Shown here: piece after piece, positions 21,640 to 31,800 of the stretch
How positions within the stretch are numbered: position 1 is the first letter of the stretch
How the letters are laid out: the number at the start of each line of letters is the position of its first letter
Assembly: GCA_964106645.2 (NCBI GenBank)
Contig: OZ067045.1
Source: Podarcis pityusensis
Lineage: Eukaryota
Strand: one strand, 5' to 3'
Length of the DNA stretch: 64,000 nt
Program-made: the position numbers and the translations under genes
The notes under the pieces: generated by a model
The model's input: the letters and a program-made list of their open reading frames with translations, nothing else
Databases searched by the model: none
What the model was told of the DNA's origin: nothing

Positions 21640-22900
21640 TACTTTTGGTTAAAAAAAATAAAATCATACCACTGAAATGGAACAGCTTTTGGAATCAAAA
21701 GCAGAAACACATTCTTTTCAATCCATCCATTTAAACCTATTTGGTGGGTGGGTTGGTGGGTGGGGGAGGGAAACAGGTTGAGAAGAATGGAAGGGGAGAC
21801 TGAATATAACACTTTCTTAAACCCCCTCCCCACTCTGGACCCCCAACCACCTATGGTCGCAATATGAAAAAATAAACAAAGCCTCTGAGATCAACAGGAC
21901 TTTTGCCAAAAAAAATATAAAGGGAAAGAAAGGGAAGGAGGAAACCGGAGGGGATTTCACATGGCAAATGGGAGAGAATGGACTTCTTCTTTTTTTTGCT
22001 GGGTAACAAAATATATATGTAACAAAATATAATGTCAACTCTCTGGCTTTTAAAGCTCAGCTTTGCTCAGGGAGCTTATTCTGCCAAGGGCACGGACTTC
22101 CCTTGTTGCTGCCTCAAGTCTCAAAAACAAAGTGGTCTATTCAGCATTGCCAACTTCTAAGAAAAATAGTTGCCTGTCCTCCTCCACTGCAATAATCAGA
22201 AATGAGCAGGTCGAATGTGGAATCAAGAAACACTCCGCCCCCTATCAAAGTCTGCAGGTCACAAAATTTTTTACTTTGCACATCCCAAAGGGGGCACTTC
22301 AAGTGTATGGAAAAACACCCCTTCTCTCCAACCCCCCCCCCCAAAAAAAACCCCACCCTGCCATTGGAACCTTTATACAGGAATGCATCCATGGGAATTA
22401 AAAAGTTGGCAATGCTAACTCTATCACTTTCCTTTTCGAGCTTTGAGCTAGAAAAGCATTTTTTTGGAGTAGATTTCTCCCCTTGTCAAACACACTGAGG
22501 GTTTCTGCTTCAGAACCTGAATTTGACAACCGGGGGTTGTCTCTTTCTTTAATGGTCACAGTGCATGCAAAAAATTAAAACAGAATAATCATCCAGATTA
22601 AGCCATTTGAACATTTAAAAGCACTTAGGGGTGGTCTCCCAGCCTGAACATTCAACATGAATATAGACTATTACACTTTTCTTACAAGTTTTGCCCACGT
22701 GGTTCTAGATTTGGGTGGATTTGCCCAGAATGTGTAGGTATGAAAAAGGCTTTTCTTTTTTTAAAAGATAGCTTGATACTTTTCTGCAAGAAGAGTTGCC
22801 TGTTGCATCACAACTTCAGCACTTGGGTTATTGCCATGATATAAAACACACACTCACACATACAGAGAGAGAGAGAGTATGAGAGAGAGAGAGAGAGTAT

Positions 22901-22932
<32 letters not shown>

Positions 22933-22949
22933 AATATGCTTTTTCTGGA

Positions 22950-23064
22950 CTAGCTCAGTTGGTAGACTTGTGGGTTCAAGCCCCACCTTGGGCAAAACAA
23001 GCATTGCAGGGGGTTGGACTAGATGCCCCTTGAGGTCCCTTCCAACTCTACAATTCTATGATTC
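22950..23064 (+). mobile_element. tRNA-head SINE with CR1-type tail (deleted copy)
   Basis: TAGCTCAGTTGG A box, GGTTCAAGCCC B box, ends CAACTCTACAATTCTATGATTC. Confidence 0.55.
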
Positions 23065-24382
23065 AGTGTTATGCTTCTCTAGCAAGAGCCCAACTTACAA
23101 TGCCCTTTGACCCCACTGCCCCATGAAGCATGGTTAAGGCCTTCATCCACACTGCACAAAGTTAAGTTTACTGGAAGTTGAGGGCATCTGTAGATGGGGC
23201 TAAAATAAGATCGGTGGGAGGGGCAACACCGTAAAAAATTATTACTATTATTATTATTATTTCACCAAAATATGTATGTTAGACCACTTTCTTTTTCCTG
23301 AGCAGCAGCACCTTTTAAAATGGCAAACTTACGGAGCGATGAGCTAATCAATAGCAGGAAAATAAGACTTCAGAATGCAAGCCGACAACTTATGAGAGGA
23401 AGGTCCCCTCAGATGTTTAGCTGGGGCTGATGGGACTTCAAGTCATCATCTGGTGGACCAGAGGTTCCCCATTTGCAACTTACAAGGACAAGGCTCCTTA
23501 TCTAGTACAGGTATTTGATGGGAGGCCGAGAGACTCACAGTATTGAGCGAATGCAACCTAGACGCAATGGAATGTGCCAACTTTGTCACAGACTTAGAAG
23601 AAGGCTGCCCTTCAGGGCAATGGGTTTCCTGTATTGGCTATCGAACTTATGAACCATGAGTCTAGGGTGACAAAATCTCAAGGCTCCAGCCTAATTGGGG
23701 GGTGGGGAGGGAATCATTGGTGTGTGTGTGGCCAACACAGCTTTCTCTCCTCAAGTTCTTGGGGACAATAAGGCTGAACCGTAGGCAGTCCTAATACACC
23801 CAGCCCGCTTTACCAATGGTAATGGCCAAAGAGCTAACACAACACCTTCCTGCCCACAGTGTGAGCAGGAGGAAACACAAACCCCTCTCAAGGAAGAAGT
23901 GCGACCCCTCTGCCCAGGTGAGCAAAAATGCAATGCTACAGCGCCCCTCCTCTTAAGATGGGGAAACGCATCAGCCCACCCTCACCTTCAAGCAGCGGTA
24001 ACTGGTGCCCACTGAGACCAGTAGGGTGGAAGGCAGGGAGGCCAACAGTAGGTGGCGCCAGAGACAACGAAAGGCAGTGCCTACTACTCATTCTGGCTTT
24101 GTTGCCATCCTCCTTCCTGTTGATTTCTACAAGGGGCAACATTAAGACTCAGGATAGAGGAAGGACCACTCCTTTGGACTGGCTGTAAGGGAGGCAAGTG
24201 GGGGGCTGGCTAAAATTGGTGGGGAATGGACCAGCCTCTGTTGCATACAAGCAAGGGCAGGGGCACTTGGAAAACACATTTGGTTCAGCTTGCCACAGTC
24301 CTACACCGGTTTGCCATTTTTGAAAGTCTTCATGAAAATTACTCAGCATTTGAGTGCACATTTCCCTAACATTCAGATTTGT

Positions 24383-24594
24383 CCCAGTAGCACCTTAGAG
24401 ACCAACTAGGTTTGTTATTGGTATGAGCTTTCGTGTGCATGCACACTTCTGAAGAAGTATCTGAAGAAGTGTGCATGCACACGAAAGCTCATACCAATAA
24501 CAAACTTAGTTGGTCTCTAAGCTGCTACTGGAAGGAATTTTATTATTTTTTATTTTGTTTCGACTACGGCAGACCAACACAGCTACCTACCTGT
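24383..24594 (+). mobile_element. Penelope-like element terminal fragment with inverted duplication
   Basis: 12-bp TSD ATTCAGATTTGT (24371-24382 and 24595-24606), inverted arms of about 66 bp, hammerhead-like core. Confidence 0.75.
24457..24494 (+). ncRNA. Minimal type I hammerhead ribozyme motif (Penelope-associated)
   Basis: GTAT-CTGAAGA-A-GTGTGCATGCACAC-GAAA-GCT-C-ATAC: conserved boxes, stem II, stem I pairing. Confidence 0.6.
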
Positions 24595-25691
24595 ATTCAG
24601 ATTTGTGTATGCAATTTTGCTGGACGTACCCATTTCCCCAAGCATTTTTGCTCTAGTAAGATGTATTTTGGGGGGAGCTATTTCCATGACGACATGCATT
24701 TTAGGTGCACTTCCATCTAACACATACATGATTTCTTTGGCTGGAGTACTGTATTGCAAAAAGAAGAAGAAAAGAATGCGAATTTCAGAAAGCTGCATTT
24801 CATTTATCATGTTGTTCAGGAAAAGGGCAAATTCTGCAGGCTGGCACTGCAAACCGAGCCACCCTGGAGAGTCTGCAGATTTCCCGCTTTCCAACACACA
24901 CACACACATACACACACCTGATTTTTTGGCAACACTTCAAGCAAAGGGACTTTAACGTGATCAATTAAAGCGTTTTTGATTGGAAGGGATTGCACACGCT
25001 AAAGTTGCATTCTTATTTTCTTTTGCACAAGCACAGCTGTCGGAGCAAGGGTACGTTCAGGCCTTCCCCGCAAACCCCGGTCTTCGACCGTGAGCCAACG
25101 ACCACAGCGATCACCAAACCGGCTGGGAGATGAAATGGTTCACAAGTCGAAAGTGCAAAGCCTGAGCTCAGGACACGCCACGCAGTTACAAAGAGTTAGG
25201 AAACTCCCACCAGACAGACACGACACGCCATTCACAGGTAAAAGACACGGAACTGGCCCACAGGAAAGTGGATGGGAGCGGCAGCCTCTGGGATGTTTGC
25301 CTGTGGTATTTACAGGTCTAGAAGAAACAAGAGAGGTGTTGTTTTCACAGCCCGAGGCCTGAACGACTCCAGATTCAACTGCAAATTCTTTTCCGCATTG
25401 TTCCAAACACAAACCACAACCTAGGGTTGCCAACTGACCGGGAAACCCCTAACTGGGCCTGCTCTTGCGCCTTCAACGGCTGCCTGAGCGGCAGAAAATG
25501 GGAATGTGTCACAGCAGGGAGGTAAACCTCATCACCTGCAGATCAAGCAGCCGCTGAAGGCGTGACTCAAAAGGTGGGAACCGCACAACCGCCGGCAACT
25601 TCGCATCGTTCCCGGTTTCGCTGGAGGACTTTGCTGGGGCGGCCTTCACCGCGGACAAACGTCCCTCCCAGCAACGCTCAGGCTGGCCCTG

Positions 25692-25826
25692 TCACTGCTT
25701 GAAGGCCGACTGCAGTTCTTTGAAGGCTGCTTTCCTCTGCTTCATCTCCTCCGCTTGCCGCCGCTTCTCTTCCTGCTCCGCCTTGATCTCCTCTTCGAAG
25801 CGGCTCGTGACATTCATGGCTTGCAC
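25692..25826 (-). CDS. EFHD2: EFHD2 exon 4 coding part ([44 protein letters not shown])
   Basis: 135 nt, coiled coil, TGA stop. Confidence 0.95.
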   Translation of the reverse strand: MQAMNVTSRFEEEIKAEQEEKRRQAEEMKQRKAAFKELQSAFKQ

Positions 25827-28800
25827 CTGGAAGCAGAAAAACTGGACAGGTGAGATTGGAATGGTCCAAATGGGCAGCTCCTCTCACTACAAACACTTAG
25901 CGCCAGGAAGCAGGAGCAGGAGAAAGAGGAAGGATGAACCAAAGATCCCAGCAGTACAACATCAGAAAAATGCCCGCAACCGAGTCTGCCTATTGGTCCA
26001 CCGACCTCAGTATTGTCAACACGGACCAGCAGCAGAGTTTCCAACAGGATTCTCTCTTCCCCATGCATACCTACCTAGAAATATCAGAGGTTGAGCCTGG
26101 AGCCTTTTGACTGCAAAGCATGTATGTGCTATAAAAGGTAAAGGGACCCCTGACCATTAGGTCCAGTCGTGGCCGACTCTGGGGTTGCGGCGCTCATCTC
26201 GCTTTAATGGCCAAGGGAGTCGGCGTACAGCTGCCGGGTCATGTGGCCAGCATGACTAAGCCGCTTCTGGTGAACCAGAGCAGGGCACGGAAATGCTGTT
26301 TACCTTCCCGACGGAGTGGTACCTATTTATCTACTTGCACTTTGACGTGCTTTCAAACTGCTAGGTTGGCAGGAGCTGGGATCGAGCAACGGGAGCTCAC
26401 CCCATTGCGGGGATTCGAACTGCTGACCTTCTGATCGGCAAGTCCTAGGCTCTGTGGTTTAACCCACAGCACCACCCGCGTCCCTTAACCCTAGGTACCA
26501 CTGTATTAAGCTAACACTCCTATACCACGGAGCTAAAGTCCTTTCTCTAAAAGTGAGGTAAGGTTCTAGTCCATGGGTGGCCAAACTAAGGCCCGGGGGC
26601 TGGATCCGGCCCAATCGCCTTCTAAATACGGCCTGCGGACAGTCTGGGAATCAGAATGTTTTTACATGAGTAGAATATGTCCTTTTATTTAAAATGCATC
26701 TCTGGGTTATTTGTGGGGCCGGCCTGGTGCTTTTACATGAGTAGAATGTGTGCTTTTATTTAAAATGCATCTCTGGGTTATTTGTGGGGCATAGGAATTC
26801 GTTCATTCCCCCCCCCCCCCAAAAAAAATAGTCTAGCCCCCCACAAGGTCTGAGGGACAGTGGATTGGACCCATGTTGAAAAAGTTTGCTGACCCCTGTT
26901 GTTATGTACTGAAGTTCTCACCCTGGGCCAGCAGGGGGTTACTGTAGATAGTTCAGGTCCACATATGCAAATAAGGGATCGAAAGTGACGTTCAGTGATT
27001 GGATAGTTACAGAAAATGGTTACTGTTGTGTTCTAGTGGAGCTCTATATAAGCAGGCTGGCTGAACCCTTCAGTTCAGTTCTGTTCTGGCCTGTGAATAA
27101 ACAAGAGCTGTCTGAAGAATCGCTGTGTCGTCTGATATGTTCACCCACAACTTAACACCTGTCTTCATGGTTTTGAACAGAGGGCTGGTTTTAACAGGAA
27201 ATTGCTTTTTTCTGGTCTATCTAACTCCATACTTGTCAATACTAACTTGGAAGGAGCTTGCCAGGGTTTCAGACAGGACTTTCTGTTTCACATACCTACC
27301 AAAGAATATCAGAGGCTGAGTTCTGGACCGTTTGCATACAAAACCTACCCTCTGCTACTGAGCTGCACCTCTTTTCCATCTGAATATGACCATTCAGTGG
27401 ATTCAGTTGGGAAGGGCCAGTGTGGTGAGTGTCCGACTAAAGCTAGCTTCTGTTAGTAAACTAATAGGAAGAGACAGCGGTCTGAGGACTTCCTTTGCTT
27501 ATTATTATTTTAAGGTAAACTTGGGTAGCTAGAAATGCCATTTCTGACGCACACTCCATAAATGGTGCTGGAATGGCACCCCCTGCCTGCATTATCCGCC
27601 TCTGCTTCTAACCAGGCAAGTTTCTAGTCCCTCTTACCTGTGGAAAGCATGCAGGGAGGATTCTGCCCAATCGCTCCACAATAAGTCACCTTGTTCCCGC
27701 CTTCCACTGCTCTAGCCAATGAGCAGCGAGGCAGCAGGACCGACTGACAAGTGCTTGCCTCCGAGGGCTATTTGTTATGGTTTCAGGGGGATGGAAGCAC
27801 CACGAAAGGCCTCTATGGGCACATAGGCAGCCACTCCATGCTGCCAACCCCTGCCTTGGGCTATGTACAGACGGTGGTATGATCCCAAGGGAACAGAGCA
27901 CCCAGCCGCTCCTTACTTTGGCCTCGAAAAAGCTCTTGGCTCCCTTGACCCCCTCCGTCGAAACGTCAATCTCCGACAGGCGGGCTAAGGCGTGCAGGCC
28001 ACTGTCTTCCTCCAACTCGCCTGCTGCAGCTTTGCGGAAGATCAGAAGAAACTGGAGCCAGGGTGGGGGAAGACAGAAAACACAAACCTCCCGTGAATTT
28101 CATTCCTCCAGAATCCCGTGAGAATCCTGCTTGCAAAAGGGACAGAGTAATACAGCGTGATTGCACCGCAGGCGCATTGAACTCGTGCAATTGCAACCTG
28201 ACACGGTTGAAAGCTGGCAATAATCTCGCAAAATTAAAATGCATGAAAGAAGGAGAGCTTTTAAGCTTCCAGGCTTACTTACCAGGCTCTGGGAGGTTCT
28301 CGTGAGATCTTAAAAGCTCTCTGTCTTGCTTGGGGTGGTGGAAAGGGATACTAAATTGGCTGCGGGGTCAGGGGGCGGGAGTAATATGTGCTCCCCTCCC
28401 TCCACCGTACAAAGCAGAACTGAACCAATATTTCTCAAAAGACATTTTATTTATAAAGAGTCTATGTACCCTGCTTTTCAGCCCCAAAAGGCTCCCAGAA
28501 CAGCTTACACACAACCAAAACACGACCGTCGCTACCCGTAAAGCTTACAATTTAAAAAGAACACGGCGTGCAAAGGAAAACAGACTGGGAGGGAAGAGGA
28601 AAATCAAAACTCCCAAACTGATTTCTTCAGACAGAGAGATGATGAGCTTCAGTTTTTGAAATATGGCAACCCTACTATATGCATATATATCTATATACTT
28701 TTGTATTTTATTAGGAACATTGTTGTTTTTGTCGTTGGGGGGAAGCTGAAGAATGGGGAAAAAACAAGCATGTCTCCTTTAAAATAATAAACAATTTCCC

Positions 28801-31800
28801 GGCCTATAAAAAGGATGGATGATTTTGAGAGGCGTTTCGGATACAGCCCAAGCCCAAAGCAATTCAGGTGGCTGCTTTAGGGCAAAACTGGGGACCTATT
28901 TTGTATCAGAGCCATAGAATCTTTTCCCCTACAATGGTTCCTCGCTGCAGACTTCTCCACCTCCACAAGAAGCTATTCGTGGCAGGGGGAGTGACAGTAT
29001 TATACCATATTTTCCCCTCTATAACACGCAGATTTTTTTCTCCTAAAAAGTAAGGGGAAATGTCTATGCGTGTTATTGAGCGAATGTGTGGTCCCTGGAG
29101 CCGACAGGCGCGAGTGAAGGCAAAAATCAGGCAAATATCAATCGTCCGGAGAAGGGAAGCCTTGAAAAGAGGAAGCTGCTGCTTGGACAGGAAAATTGGC
29201 TTCCAGGTGGAAAGATCCAAATTAGAAACAGAATTGTTAGAACCCAATACTAAGAACTTGTCAAGAATGTATAACTTGCTGCTGAAATGGAATACTCAAG
29301 ATGAAACGGTAAAATCGGCTATGATTAAATGGGCACAGGACGTTGGCCATAACATTATGTTTGCTGACTGGGAACAGTTATGGACCACAGGTATGAAATT
29401 TACGGCATGTAATGCCTTAAGAGAGAATATTATGAAAATGATATACAGGTGGTACATAACCCCAGTCAAGCTGGCGAAAATTTATCACTTGCCCGATAAC
29501 AAATGTTGGAAATGTAAAGAAACTGAAGGTACATTTTTTCACCTTTGGTGGACGTGCCCAAAGATTAAGGCTTTCTGGGAAATGATATATAATGAATTAA
29601 AAAAGGTATTTAAGTATACCTTCCCTAAGAAACCAGAGGCCTTTCTCCTGGGCATAGTGGGCCAAATGGTGTTAAAAAAGGATAGAACTTTCTTTATGTA
29701 TGCAACAACAGCAGCAAGAATACTTATCGCAAAGTATTGGAAGACACAAGAACTTCCCACGCTGGAGGAATGGCAGATGAAACTTATGGACTATATGGAA
29801 TTGGCGGAAATGACTGGTAGAATCCATGACCAGGGAGAAGAGTCGATGGAGGAAGACTGGAAGAAATTCAAAGACTATCTTCAGAAACACTGCAAAATTA
29901 AGGAATGTTAGAGTGATGTTGGACTGAAAACAAGTGGTTTCCAGCTGTACAGGTTAAAGTTAAGGATAGATTAAGATTAAAGATCAAGATTAAAGATGTT
30001 TAAAGAAATGGAAATTTGATAATAAAAGGGAAAAATTTAAAGTTGTATGACATTAAGATCAAGGATTAGGCTTAAAAAAGTTGAAGTTATATATCTTAAC
30101 GTTTTATTAAATTAAAGATTGGGATTAAAAAAGTGGAAAAGAAACTGCTGGACAAACAATGTAGATTGGAATACAAAAGAGGGAGGTTTGAGGAAGTCCA
30201 GAAAATAAGTAATTTAAAATTGGAATTGGAAAAGAGAGTTTGTTTTTAATTGTTATGTTTTGTGTTTTTATTGTTAAGTTTTGTATTGTGTGTGTTGTTT
30301 TTCTTTTTTTGTTTGTTTAAAAATTTAATAAAAAATTATTGGAAAAAAGAAAAGAAAAGAGGAAGCTGCTGCTTTCCTGCATTCTGCCTCAGGGTCTTAC
30401 TGCCCACCTGCTTCTGTTTGTTACTGTGTTTGCTCAAACGGAACAAAGAGCAGAGAAAACCCCTCCCCTCCAGGCAAGCAGAGGGGAAAGCAGAGCGTCC
30501 TTCCTTCTAATTCCTCTCGTGCTCAGGTGCTGCAACATGCAGGTGGGGGAGAGAGAGAGAGCTAGCTGGCTTGGGTGGGTGCGTGGGGGGAACTTTTGCC
30601 TTCCTTTCCTCCCTCCGGTAAAACCCCTCTCCTGCATTCTTAGCCAGCTGCTTCTCCGCACACCCCTCTCGGTGCTCCTTGTCCCTTCTATGTTTTTCCT
30701 TCCCTCCCCACTTAAAACGTGGTTACAAAGCACGGATCCACATGGATCCTCAGGATCTTTGCATAGGGTCACCCCAAATTCACCATCAGATCACATAGCA
30801 ATGATCTGATGCAAAAACAGGGCTGCAATGGTGCAAAAACGTGGTTACAAAGCACGGATCTACATGGATCCTCAGGATCTTTGCATAGGGTCACCCCAAA
30901 TTCACCAAGATCACATAGCAATGATCTGATGCAAAAACAGGGCTGCAATGGTGCAAAAACGTGGTTACAAAGCATGGATCCACATGGATCCTCAGGATCT
31001 TTGCATTGGGTCACCCCAAATTCACCATCAGATCACATAGCAATGATCTGATGCAAAAACAGGGCTGCAATGGTGCAAAAACGTGGTTACAAAGCACGGA
31101 TCCACATGGATCCTCAGGATCTTTGCATAGGGTCACCCCAAATTCACCATCAGATCACATAGCAATGATCTGATGCAAAAACAGGGCTGCAATGGTGCAA
31201 AAACGTGGTTACAAAGCACGGATCTACATGGATCCTCAGGATCTTTGCATAGGGTCACCCCGAATTCACCATCAGATCACATAGCAATGATCTGATGCAA
31301 AAACAGGGCTGCAATGGTGCAAAAACGTGGTTACAAAGCATGGATCCACATGGATCCTCAGGATCTTTGCATAGGGTCACCCCAAATTCACCATCAGATC
31401 ACATAGCATGTCCATGGCTACAGCCTGCACCAAAAAAATCACGCACCCACTGTTGCCTGGGGCTGCAATGGTGCAAAAACGTGGTTACAAAGCACGGATC
31501 CACATGGATCCTCAGGATCTTTGCATTGGGCTACCCCAAACTCACCGTCAAATCACATGTCTGTGGCCACAGCATGAAGCACAAAAATGATACACCCACT
31601 GTTTCATTCAGAATTTTTTTTTCTTGTTTTCCTCCTCTAAAAACTATGTGCGTGTTATGGTCAGGTGCGTGTTATCGAGAGAAAATTACGGTATATCCCA
31701 TTGGTCCTCTCAGCCATGTAGGAAGGAATCAAATGGAAACCTTTCTGAGCTGCATCGCTGAAAAAGGCAGCTCTTTTTCAGGGCACTTGCCCCAGAGCCT

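Larger units (their letters stand above)
29005..31691. mobile_element. Non-autonomous Tc2/pogo-like DNA transposon containing an L1 and a tandem array
   Basis: 26-bp imperfect TIRs (21/26 match; CCATATTTTCCCCTCTATAACACGCA) flanked by TA. Confidence 0.7.

Noticed and set aside
24384-24456. Second hammerhead on the EFHD2 sense (minus) strand
   Set aside because: The inverted arm keeps stem II and GAAA but reads TTCAGA where CTGANGA is needed, so the core is broken.
29060-29911. 283-aa ORF as a novel nested host gene
   Set aside because: It is the L1 ORF2 C-terminus. The first 40 or so codons are flanking DNA and TSD that happen to be in frame, and nothing supports expression.
30714-31555. Regular palindrome-containing repeat array as a CRISPR-like locus
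   Set aside because: The units are contiguous near-identical copies with no unique spacers, there are no cas genes, and the context is a vertebrate intron.
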